Positions 1 to 8,002 of a DNA stretch of 64,000 nt are shown here, piece after piece. The notes under the pieces were generated by a model. It had not been told where the DNA came from. It searched no databases and saw nothing but the letters and a program-made list of their open reading frames with translations. The first letter of the stretch is position 1. Every line of letters begins with the position of its first letter. A program made the position numbers and the translations under genes. This DNA comes from Bacteriovoracaceae bacterium (GTDB lineage: Bacteria; Bdellovibrionota; Bacteriovoracia; Bacteriovoracales; Bacteriovoracaceae), in the NCBI GenBank assembly GCA_041546685.1, contig JBFEVX010000007.1:1759-65758 (forward strand), read 5' to 3'.

Positions 1-769
1 TCCAGACTTTCAGCTGCTTGATCCAGTCCTTAACATCTTCACGAATCATCTTCGATATCTTTGGATCATTTTCATACTTGGAAAGAGAAGTAATGGCCTT
101 ATCAGGTCTAAAATAAACTTTGGTATAAGTCGTAAGAATTCTATTCAATGACTGACCTATTGAGCGATCAAGATATCCCTCGGCTCCACTGGCCCCAACC
201 TTGTCATTGATCTTTTTCAATTCTTCATTTTTCTCCATTCGCTTGGTTATTGCCCTGTCGAAATAGCGAATGGATTTATTGAAATTTCTCGTAACGAATA
301 AAAATTCAGCATACTCAAAATCGTTGTCAAAATTTCCTCTCCCTACAGCATTTACAGAAGTGATAAATCCTCGTTTCCCACCGCTCAATTGAGTGTGACA
401 GGAAATACAAAGGCTAGCGGTAGCTTTGAGTCTGGTTCTGGCAAATAGTTTATTGTTTGTATTAAAAGCATCTATTGTATGTTGAAGGTGATCTTTCACA
501 ACTTCGTAAGAAGGCTGAAAGCCCGGTGTTTTAAAAGTCTTTATATGTTCTGAGTTCTTGAAAGCATTCGAAATGTTTGTAAGATTTGAAATGATTACTC
601 CAGATGATTTCGGATCCTGAAACTTCATTTCGTTATTCATATAAGGAATCAGTTTAACGAACGAATTGAAGACCTCATTCATGACTTGCTTTGTGTTCTT
701 CGGCTTGGTCTGCGCCCAAGAAGAGCTGACCAATGTTATCAAAACCAGAGCACACAAAATTTTCTTCAT
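1..769 (-). CDS. Secreted protein with one CXXCH haem-binding motif (C-terminus lies outside the window)
   Basis: Hand translation from the ATG at 769 down to position 1 shows no stop. An AAGGA RBS lies just upstream. Signal peptide MKKILCALVLITLVSSSWAQ. A CISCH motif is encoded at 395-409. Missing from the ORF track because the stop is off-window. Confidence 0.5.
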   Translation of the reverse strand, partial: MKKILCALVLITLVSSSWAQTKPKNTKQVMNEVFNSFVKLIPYMNNEMKFQDPKSSGVIISNLTNISNAFKNSEHIKTFKTPGFQPSYEVVKDHLQHTIDAFNTNNKLFARTRLKATASLCISCHTQLSGGKRGFITSVNAVGRGNFDNDFEYAEFLFVTRNFNKSIRYFDRAITKRMEKNEELKKINDKVGASGAEGYLDRSIGQSLNRILTTYTKVYFRPDKAITSLSKYENDPKISKMIREDVKDWIKQLKVW

Positions 770-1007
770 CGTCTTTCCTTTTACGAATGTTTTCAAAGTA
801 TTATCCAATATTTTAAATGAATTTACATCTCTCTCACTGATTCAAATCAGTCTTCTTGGATACCAGTCAAAACTGATCAAATATTAATTTCAACTTTTGT
901 TATCCTTCGATTGAAAAATTCTCAGGAATGATTGATTTCCAGCCGAAAACAATTTATATTTACCCGTCTTCACGACTAAGAATTCTGAAGACAATTCGAG
1001 GGGCAAA

Positions 1008-1169
1008 ATGAAAACGACCAATTTTATTAACGACGAATCGCAATTGGTAGAGATCAACACTGAACTTCAAAAACTACTTGGAGAATCTGAAACAGAGGAC
1101 TTTCTAAGAGGCGTAGTCCAAGGACTTGAAGTACTGAAAAATCTCGGTATCGATCCTAATCAAGATTAG
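1008..1169 (+). CDS. Small hypothetical protein (53 aa)
   Basis: ATG at 1008 preceded by GAGGGG, TAG at 1167-1169. Product MKTTNFINDESQLVEINTELQKLLGESETEDFLRGVVQGLEVLKNLGIDPNQD. Lies in an otherwise empty 400-nt gap upstream of leuS. No recognisable family. Confidence 0.25.
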   Translation: MKTTNFINDESQLVEINTELQKLLGESETEDFLRGVVQGLEVLKNLGIDPNQD

Positions 1170-1289
1170 TCTTTAAAATCAAATAGTTGACTAAAAACCA
1201 AGAGTCAAACTCTATTAATTTCCCATATTTACGGATTCTCGCTTCTATGCCATATTGATTGGTCTGAAACTCCCTTAAATAAAGGCCGA

Positions 1290-4055
1290 ATGACCATGAA
1301 GTATGAATTTCATCAAATTGAAGAAAAGTGGCAAAAAACCTGGAAAGACAACCAGACCTACAAAGTAAGTGAAGACAAAAATAAGCCTAAGTTTTATGTC
1401 CTCGACATGTTCCCATACCCATCAGGAGCAGGGCTTCACGTTGGTCATCCACTTGGATACATCGCTTCAGATATCTTTGCCAGATACAAAAGACTTAAGG
1501 GTTTCAACGTACTTCACCCGATGGGCTACGATGCTTTTGGTTTGCCAGCTGAGCAATATGCAATTCAAACCGGGCAGCATCCAGCAGACTCAACAAGAAA
1601 AAATATCAAACGTTATAGAGAGCAGCTCGATAAAATCGGCTTCTGCTTTGACTGGGACCGCGAAGTTATTACCTGTGAGCCAGAATACTATCACTGGACC
1701 CAGTGGGCGTTCCTTAAAATGTTCAATTGTTGGTACGACAATAAAACCAATAAGGCGGCAAGCATAGATGACTTGATCGCGGCATTTAAGACCGACGGAA
1801 ATCAAAATGTTGATGCTGCGACAGATATGGAAGAAAAATTCACTGCAGATGAATGGAATTCATGGGATGAAGCCAAGCAAGAAGAAATTCTACAGAAATA
1901 TCGTATTGCATTTCTCTCAGACACAATGGTGAATTGGTGTCCGGCACTCGGGACAGTTCTGGCCAATGACGAAGTCAAAGATGGAGTTTCAGAGCGTGGT
2001 GGTCATCCGGTCGAACAGAAAAAAATGAAGCAATGGTGTTTGCGAGTAACTGCTTACGCACAAAGATTACTAGACTCTCTTGAAGATCTCGGCTGGACTG
2101 ATTCTTTGAAAGAAATGCAAAGAAACTGGATTGGACGAAGTGAAGGTGCCACTGTTTATTTTCCGATCAAGGATTCACAAGACAGAATGGAAATCTTCAC
2201 CACCAGACCGGACACAATCTATGGTGTCACATTCATGGTGCTGGCCCCAGAGTCAGAATTGATCGATCAAGTTACGACAGCAGATCAAAAGGCTGCCGTC
2301 GATGCTTATCTCGACAAAGCAAAAAGAAGAACAGAAAGAGAGAGAATGCAGGACAAAACCATCAGTGGTGTCTTCACAGGTGGATATTGTAAACATCCAT
2401 TCACCAACGAAGATATACCTATTTGGATTGGAGATTATGTTCTTGGAAGTTATGGGACAGGTGCCATCATGGCCGTTCCCGCCCACGATGAAAGAGACTG
2501 GGCCTTTGCCAAGCACTTCAATATTCCTATCGTTGAAGTTGTTGCCGGTGGGAATGTTCAAGAAGCCAGTCACGATGCCAAGTCAGGAAAACTTGTAAAC
2601 AGTGAACTGATCAATGGCCTTGAGGTTAAGGACGCTATTCCAAAGATTATTGAAGAAATCGACAAAAGAGGATTGGGTTCAAGAAAAGTGAACTTCAGAC
2701 TTCGCGATGCGATTTTTGCCAGACAAAGATACTGGGGTGAACCATTCCCAATTTATTTCAAAGATGGTGTTCCGAAACCACTTGATGAAAGTGATCTTCC
2801 ATTGAAACTTCCAGAGGTTGATGCTTTCAAACCTACTGAAACAGGTGAGCCACCTCTTGGCAGGGCAAAGAATTGGACGACAAAAGATGGCTACCCGCTT
2901 GAGCTTTCAACAATGCCAGGGTTTGCCGGATCAAGTGCATACTACTTGAGATACATGGACCCACATAACAACACGGGACTTGTTTCAAAAGAGGCCAATG
3001 AATACTGGCAAGACGTAGATCTATATATCGGTGGAACAGAGCATGCAACTGGGCATTTGATCTACTCAAGATTTTGGAACAAATTCCTCTATGATTTGGG
3101 ATATGTCTGCAAAGATGAGCCATTTAAAAAATTGGTCAACCAAGGAATGATTCAAGGTCGTTCAAACCTTGTCTACAGAGTTAAAGGAACAAACCAATTT
3201 GTATCACTTGGACTTAAAGACAAATATGAAACTTCAACTCTTCACGTAGATGTGAACATTGTAGATAACGATGTTTTAGATACTGAAGCCTTCAAGAGCT
3301 GGAGACCAGACTTTAAAGATGCAGAGTTCATTTTGGAGGATGGGAAATATGTTTGTGGTTACGCCAATGAAAAGATGTCAAAATCACTTTTCAATGTTGT
3401 CAATCCTGATGATGTGATTGGAAAGTACGGAACCGACACATTCAGACTTTATGAAATGTTTCTTGGACCAATTCAACAATCCAAACCATGGAACACTTCT
3501 GGTATTGAAGGTGTTTACAGGTTCCTTCTAAAAGTCTGGAAGCTATACAACAAAGATGACAACTTCAGTGTCAGTGATGAACCTGCCACTCCTGAAGAAT
3601 TGAAATCTCTTCATAAATGTATCAAGAAGGTTGATGGAGATATTCAAAATTTTGATTTCAACACGGCCATCTCTGCGATGATGATCTGTGTAAATGAGCT
3701 GACTGACCTGAAATGCAACAAGAAGGAAATTCTTGAAAAATTCATCGTCATGCTATGTCCATTTGCTCCGCATATCGCAGAAGAATTATGGAGCCTCATG
3801 GGGCACAAAGAAACTGTAACACTTGCGGAGTTTCCTACTCATGACGACAAGTATCTTGTTGAATCCACTTGGAAATGTCCTGTTTCAGTCAATGGGAAAC
3901 TCAAGTTTGTACTCGACCTTCCTGTAGACTTCGACAAAGCTGCAATCGAAAAAGCAGTAATGGATGACGAGAGAACTCAAGGACTACTTGATGGAAAAGC
4001 ATTGGCCAAACTTATTGTTGTTCCAAAGAAAATCGTCAACTTGGTGATTAAGTAA
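1290..4055 (+). CDS. leuS: Leucine--tRNA ligase
   Basis: 921 aa. Class I aaRS HIGH-type motif ([10 protein letters not shown]) and KMSKS motif (EKMSKS). Length and domain order are typical of bacterial LeuRS. Confidence 0.95.
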   Translation: MTMKYEFHQIEEKWQKTWKDNQTYKVSEDKNKPKFYVLDMFPYPSGAGLHVGHPLGYIASDIFARYKRLKGFNVLHPMGYDAFGLPAEQYAIQTGQHPADSTRKNIKRYREQLDKIGFCFDWDREVITCEPEYYHWTQWAFLKMFNCWYDNKTNKAASIDDLIAAFKTDGNQNVDAATDMEEKFTADEWNSWDEAKQEEILQKYRIAFLSDTMVNWCPALGTVLANDEVKDGVSERGGHPVEQKKMKQWCLRVTAYAQRLLDSLEDLGWTDSLKEMQRNWIGRSEGATVYFPIKDSQDRMEIFTTRPDTIYGVTFMVLAPESELIDQVTTADQKAAVDAYLDKAKRRTERERMQDKTISGVFTGGYCKHPFTNEDIPIWIGDYVLGSYGTGAIMAVPAHDERDWAFAKHFNIPIVEVVAGGNVQEASHDAKSGKLVNSELINGLEVKDAIPKIIEEIDKRGLGSRKVNFRLRDAIFARQRYWGEPFPIYFKDGVPKPLDESDLPLKLPEVDAFKPTETGEPPLGRAKNWTTKDGYPLELSTMPGFAGSSAYYLRYMDPHNNTGLVSKEANEYWQDVDLYIGGTEHATGHLIYSRFWNKFLYDLGYVCKDEPFKKLVNQGMIQGRSNLVYRVKGTNQFVSLGLKDKYETSTLHVDVNIVDNDVLDTEAFKSWRPDFKDAEFILEDGKYVCGYANEKMSKSLFNVVNPDDVIGKYGTDTFRLYEMFLGPIQQSKPWNTSGIEGVYRFLLKVWKLYNKDDNFSVSDEPATPEELKSLHKCIKKVDGDIQNFDFNTAISAMMICVNELTDLKCNKKEILEKFIVMLCPFAPHIAEELWSLMGHKETVTLAEFPTHDDKYLVESTWKCPVSVNGKLKFVLDLPVDFDKAAIEKAVMDDERTQGLLDGKALAKLIVVPKKIVNLVIK

Positions 4056-4057
4056 GA

Positions 4058-4846
4058 CTAAAAAATTCTAGGTTTCATATCCTTATCCTGTCCCGATACC
4101 AGGGGCAGGATTTTATCATAGATAAATATAGGCATAAATTTATTGAATAGGCTCAAGAAGCCCATAATCCATGGAAAAGCATAGCGCTTTTTATTCTTAA
4201 TTATTGCTTTAAGTACTTGTTGTGCAGACTTCTCTACAGTTACTTTAAATGGCATATCAAACTCATCATGATTGGCCATTGGAGTCTCTAAAAATCCCGG
4301 AAGAACTGTAATAACTTTGACTCCATATGGAGCCAGATCTAAACGTAAACTCTCCAAAAAGTTGTTCAATGCTGCCTTTGATGCTGAATAACTGCATGCC
4401 CCTGGCAGACCTCTAATACTTGCCAAAGATGAAATTCCTACTATTGAACCACTTCCTCTTTCGGCCATTTCTTTCAAATATGGTGACACCGTTCTAACGA
4501 CACCAAAGTAGTTGATCCCCATGATTCTCGAATCAATTCCTTCATCAAAAAAACGTGCAGGATTCACGCCTCCGACACCTGCATTAGCAATTATCACATC
4601 TGGACAATTTTCCCTCTCAACTACTTCGGCAAGTGGATTTTCTTGCAAAAGATCAGCCTGATAAATTGCGATGTAGCTCCCCTTTGCTCGACATAAGTCT
4701 GCAGTATCCGAGAGGCCTTCTTTATTCAAATCCAAAAGAATCAACTTCTCAGCATAAGGACAGAGTTGCTTTGCAAGCTCCCTTCCTAGCCCTGAAGCTG
4801 CTCCAGTTATCAAAACAGTCTTTCCTGTGAAAAAATTCAGATTCAT
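4058..4846 (-). CDS. Short-chain dehydrogenase/reductase (SDR) family oxidoreductase
   Basis: TGAASGLG Rossmann motif near the N-terminus and a YSASK catalytic Tyr-x3-Lys. 262 aa. Confidence 0.85.
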   Translation of the reverse strand: MNLNFFTGKTVLITGAASGLGRELAKQLCPYAEKLILLDLNKEGLSDTADLCRAKGSYIAIYQADLLQENPLAEVVERENCPDVIIANAGVGGVNPARFFDEGIDSRIMGINYFGVVRTVSPYLKEMAERGSGSIVGISSLASIRGLPGACSYSASKAALNNFLESLRLDLAPYGVKVITVLPGFLETPMANHDEFDMPFKVTVEKSAQQVLKAIIKNKKRYAFPWIMGFLSLFNKFMPIFIYDKILPLVSGQDKDMKPRIF

Positions 4847-4848
4847 AA

Positions 4849-5661
4849 CTACTTCTTAAGTCCCAATTCGAGACGGTCTCCAGTGATCTTTTTGAACAGT
4901 TTATATGTGAATTTATCCTCTTTTCTAATCGAACATTCAAGAGACAAAGGAGAATATTCAGAGTGCTCAATGGTTTTTTTACCAGTAGATGGGTCCACAA
5001 ATCCATAACTAATTACAAATCGAGAAGAGGAGTTATCGAGTACCTTTACTTCATTCACTTTTAGCAAAGTTCCAGAAAAAATTTGTATATCCTTATTCAC
5101 CTTGATTCCTATCGTGAATGCACAATGATTTTTGTCCTCTTCTCTGGGAGTATCTGCTGTATAGACATTTCCATACTGAAAGATAATAGGTCTCATCCCT
5201 TGCTGAACAGCTTTTTGATTATAAACAAAAGTCAAAGTTCTATTTACCTTGATGGCCATTCTCGTTGTGTAATCCTTAAGTTCCGCCTCTTCAGATATTT
5301 GAGAATCAAACTTATTTTCTTTTTGATTACTACTCATCATCGAAAATCTGGAATCTGAATAACAATTGAGTTGAAAGTGAGGAGTCAGATGTAAGGAGAG
5401 ATGATCCTGCTTGAGTGAATATTGGCTAGTAACCTTTATATCTCTTTTGGAGTCTTTGACCACAAGATAGAGGTAACCGTTTCTTGAGAAAAACATGATC
5501 AGAAAGTTTTTGAAAACCGTTTGCCCACCTTTATCAGTACCAAAACTGAATTGATGTTCAACTTCGTTTGAAACTGAAATGTCCTGATTTTTGATCTGAC
5601 AAACGCGGTTTTCAGCATAAACAGAAAAAGAAAATAGCATAAAAATAGCAATTAATTTCAC
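4849..5661 (-). CDS. Secreted hypothetical protein
   Basis: 270-aa ORF with signal peptide MKLIAIFMLFSFSVYA. Its stop lies 2 nt from the SDR start, so co-transcription is likely. No recognisable domain. Confidence 0.6.
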   Translation of the reverse strand: MKLIAIFMLFSFSVYAENRVCQIKNQDISVSNEVEHQFSFGTDKGGQTVFKNFLIMFFSRNGYLYLVVKDSKRDIKVTSQYSLKQDHLSLHLTPHFQLNCYSDSRFSMMSSNQKENKFDSQISEEAELKDYTTRMAIKVNRTLTFVYNQKAVQQGMRPIIFQYGNVYTADTPREEDKNHCAFTIGIKVNKDIQIFSGTLLKVNEVKVLDNSSSRFVISYGFVDPSTGKKTIEHSEYSPLSLECSIRKEDKFTYKLFKKITGDRLELGLKK

Positions 5662-5722
5662 TCAACTAACCTTGATGGATTAGTCTCCATTATAAAGAAA
5701 AAGCGCGGATTAAAAAAAAGGG

Positions 5723-5751
5723 AAAAAAAAAGCGCCCTGGCGGTGGGCGCT
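5723..5751 (-). terminator. Rho-independent terminator downstream of 5766-6233
   Basis: Stem AGCGCCC (5731-5737) / GGGCGCT (5745-5751) with a 7-nt loop. The A-run at 5723-5730 gives a U-run on the minus strand. Confidence 0.7.
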
Positions 5752-5765
5752 TTCTCTTTAGCAGT

Positions 5766-6233
5766 TTAGCGACAGGTGATTCCAGTAGTGGAACCTAGGG
5801 AAACGAGAGATATATCTTGATAGTTCATGACGAAGTCGTCTTCCTGAACTATAGACATATTAATTACGTCGTGGTCTTTCTTCAGTTCAGCCTTCCACTT
5901 GACTTCAATCCCTACTCTCACAAGAGTAGAAAGAGTCTCTGGGTTAGTTGAATGAGAATCAACCATCACTCCACGAACAGTGAAAGACTCTACATCTTTG
6001 AACTGTCCCTTGCAGCTACTGAAGACCATTGAAGAAATGAAATTTTTCATGTCTTCATGAACAAGCTCAATGTTTTCTACATTTGTTGGGTAGTAAACAA
6101 CCTGAGTGTCTTTGTCACCGATGATTCCGGCTCTGGCGTAAGCCGCAGCATATGCATGAGCTTGAGAGGCAGTTCCCAACGTCAGCACCATCATGAAAAT
6201 CATCGTTAACTTCTTGAACATTTTGTTCTCCAA
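5766..6233 (-). CDS. Secreted hypothetical protein
   Basis: 155-aa ORF with a hydrophobic signal peptide ending ASQAHA. A terminator follows directly. Divergent from the TIGR02147-type regulator gene. Confidence 0.6.
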   Translation of the reverse strand: MENKMFKKLTMIFMMVLTLGTASQAHAYAAAYARAGIIGDKDTQVVYYPTNVENIELVHEDMKNFISSMVFSSCKGQFKDVESFTVRGVMVDSHSTNPETLSTLVRVGIEVKWKAELKKDHDVINMSIVQEDDFVMNYQDISLVSLGSTTGITCR

Positions 6234-6304
6234 TTTGATGAACCACTTTTAGAAAATCCCGGCCTAAACTTCAAGGTGTTTCCGACTATTACAGTCAGTT
6301 TTCC

Positions 6305-6390
6305 TTCACGCCTTTTGTGAACACCCATTCACAAAATATGTGAACACTCTTCACGGCAATAGTGAACACCCCTTCACAGAATTTGTGAAG
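6305..6390. promoter_or_regulatory. Array of three tandem GTGAACAC-N3/4-TTCAC inverted-repeat sites plus flanking half-sites (candidate operator)
   Basis: GTGAACACCCATTCAC at 6317-6332, GTGAACACTCTTCAC at 6340-6354 and GTGAACACCCCTTCAC at 6362-6377, with a period of 22-23 bp. Extra TTCAC at 6305-6309 and GTGAA at 6385-6389. Lies in the divergent intergenic region between 6233 and 6402. Confidence 0.55.
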
Positions 6391-6401
6391 ATGTTAAGCT
6401 A

Positions 6402-7220
6402 TTGATAATGGTAAAGAATATGCCCGATATTCAAGAGTATAAGAACTACCGCGATTTTCTTCGCGACTTCATTCTGTATAAGAAAACACAAAATCCCTAT
6501 TGGTCGTATGGGATGTGGGCCAAGGACCTCGATTTAAATGGGGCCTCAACACTCTCGATGATCATGAAAGGAAAAAGGCATCCTTCAAAAAAATTAGCTG
6601 ATACCTTTTGTGACTATTTCAAATTTGATGACAGCCAGGCTTCCTATTTTCATGAATTAATCAAAATCCAAAAACAAACGAAGGATGATCCAACACTTAC
6701 TATTCTTCTTTTAGAGCAGAAAGGATTGGATAAACCAGACGAAGACAAACCTCTTTTCTTCGACTGGAGAGCATTTGCCATCAGAGAACTTACTCAAATG
6801 AAAGGCTTCAGAGAAGACACTTTCTGGATAAGTGAAAGACTTGGAAACAAGATTACTCCTCAAGAAGCAGGAGCAATCCTGGATAAGTTAATCAAGTTTG
6901 GAATTCTTGAAAGAGGAAATAATCAAAACCTTCGAGCGACAAGCCAAGTTATCAAACCTAGTGATGGATTCACAAAATCTCAAGCGAGAACATTTCACGA
7001 AGAAGTTACAGACCTCACCAAAGCGGCTTTTGAACTTCCAATTGCTCAGCGAGCCTTCACTTCAACAACTTTGAGTGTGAAGAAAGAAAAAGTAGAAGAA
7101 GCAAAGAAGCTTATTCGTGAGTTTCAGATCAATTTCTCAAAGTTGATAGAGGGAAATCCCGGAGAAGAGGTCTACCAGTTCAATATGCAATTTTTCCCTT
7201 TAACTAAAGTTGATGAATAA
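6402..7220 (+). CDS. TIGR02147-family putative DNA-binding protein
   Basis: The N-terminal pattern YKNYRDFLRDFILYKK...WSYGMWAKDL...STLSMIMKGKR matches my memory of the TIGR02147 (Fibrobacter/Bdellovibrio paralogous) family. The start is uncertain: TTG 6402, ATG 6408 or ATG 6420. Confidence 0.6.
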   Translation: MIMVKNMPDIQEYKNYRDFLRDFILYKKTQNPYWSYGMWAKDLDLNGASTLSMIMKGKRHPSKKLADTFCDYFKFDDSQASYFHELIKIQKQTKDDPTLTILLLEQKGLDKPDEDKPLFFDWRAFAIRELTQMKGFREDTFWISERLGNKITPQEAGAILDKLIKFGILERGNNQNLRATSQVIKPSDGFTKSQARTFHEEVTDLTKAAFELPIAQRAFTSTTLSVKKEKVEEAKKLIREFQINFSKLIEGNPGEEVYQFNMQFFPLTKVDE

Positions 7221-7221
7221 A

Positions 7222-7656
7222 TCAGGCTGATTTTTTCAGATAATCTTCGAGAGAGATTACCTCACCTTCCTCGGCCTCTTCGTTGACCTCAGCAAGGACC
7301 TTGACTCTCTCTCGATGCATTTCCATATAGAAATCATTGGATAGTGAATGACCGAAGTTCTCTTCAAAAGAATCAATGTCAGACTTGATGATTCTTGCCG
7401 TTTCAAGACTGATCACTTTTGCAGATTTGATATCATGTCCTTCAGCATGGACCGTCACCAAACATTCCGAAATGGGATCAGTAACCACAGTGAATTCTTT
7501 CCAGCGGTAAATGATATAGCCGTCTTCATTCTCACTGGGTGAGCCTTTCTTTAAGGCATCAGTAATCTGTTTGTCCGTTACATTACGTTGACCCTGCCTT
7601 TCTAAAAAATGCTTGGTCTTTGTGTATCCCTGAATCTTCAATTTCTGCTTGGCCAT
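7222..7656 (-). CDS. Hypothetical protein with DUF4258-like (toxin-fold) N-terminal domain and acidic C-terminal extension
   Basis: 144 aa. HFLERQGQRNVTDKQITDALKKG...FTVVTDPISECLVTVH resembles the DUF4258 pattern (H-x2-ER-x2-R-x-I/V ... V-I/T-V-Y/H). The C-terminal ~65 aa are E/D-rich. Confidence 0.4.
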   Translation of the reverse strand: MAKQKLKIQGYTKTKHFLERQGQRNVTDKQITDALKKGSPSENEDGYIIYRWKEFTVVTDPISECLVTVHAEGHDIKSAKVISLETARIIKSDIDSFEENFGHSLSNDFYMEMHRERVKVLAEVNEEAEEGEVISLEDYLKKSA

Positions 7657-7804
7657 AGGGGATTAGAATGCCACCAAGGGCCAAAGGATTAAAATTCAAT
7701 AAGTTGGCCTTGTAATCGAAAAATTCAAACCCTTGAATTTAGAAAAGCTGGCAAACACCCTGCCAACGAAAAGCGCCTGTTATTTCATGAGTTCCCAAAA
7801 AAAA

Positions 7805-7831
7805 AGCCAGTCATAAGACTGGCTTTTTTTA
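7805..7831 (-). terminator. Rho-independent (bidirectional-looking) terminator downstream of tRNA-Leu
   Basis: Perfect 8-bp stem AGCCAGTC (7805-7812) / GACTGGCT (7817-7824) with loop ATAA. An A-run lies before it and a T-run after, so it can terminate either strand. Confidence 0.75.
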
Positions 7832-7839
7832 TTTTTAAA

Positions 7840-7922
7840 TGGTGCCCAGGAGAGGACTTGAACCTCCACGCCGAAGCACTAGATCCTAAGTCTAGCGTGT
7901 CTACCAATTTCACCACCTGGGC
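7840..7922 (-). tRNA. tRNA-Leu (anticodon TAG)
   Basis: The reverse complement reads GCCCAGG-TG-GTGAAATTGGTAGACAC-G-CTAGA-CTTAGGA-TCTAG-(11-nt variable arm)-GGAGGTTCAAGTCCTCT-CCTGGGC-A-CCA. The acceptor stem pairs perfectly. It has the class II long variable arm and an encoded CCA. Confidence 0.9.
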
Positions 7923-7967
7923 ACAGATGTGACGCAATGTAAAATTACTTGGTCTGACGTGAGATGC

Positions 7968-7996
7968 AGTTTAAACAATCATGCGAGGGATGACAA
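7968..7996 (-). promoter_or_regulatory. Candidate sigma70 promoter for tRNA-Leu
   Basis: On the minus strand, TTGTCA (7996-7991), a 17-nt spacer, then TAAACT (7973-7968), about 45 nt upstream of the tRNA 5' end. Confidence 0.35.
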
Positions 7997-8002
7997 GAGG
8001 AT

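Noticed and set aside
666-887. Track ORF (73 aa, plus strand)
   Set aside because: It lies antisense to the much longer open frame 1-769 (minus), which has an RBS, a signal peptide and a CXXCH motif. The plus-strand ORF has no RBS and a hydrophobic, low-information composition.
1170-1289. T-box or other leader upstream of leuS
   Set aside because: The region is too short (120 nt) and there is no specifier or T-box-like conserved sequence. There is only a 6-bp hairpin (TTGACT/AGTCAA) without a U-run.
6305-6390. Mini-CRISPR interpretation of the tandem repeats
   Set aside because: The repeats are 15-16 bp with 6-8-bp spacers, far too short. No cas genes are present. The internal dyad symmetry fits protein binding sites.
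7657-8002. tRNA-Leu as an integration site of a mobile element or genomic island
   Set aside because: There is no integrase or recombinase on either side. I could not find a direct repeat of the tRNA 3' end, and the flanking genes show no obvious compositional break.
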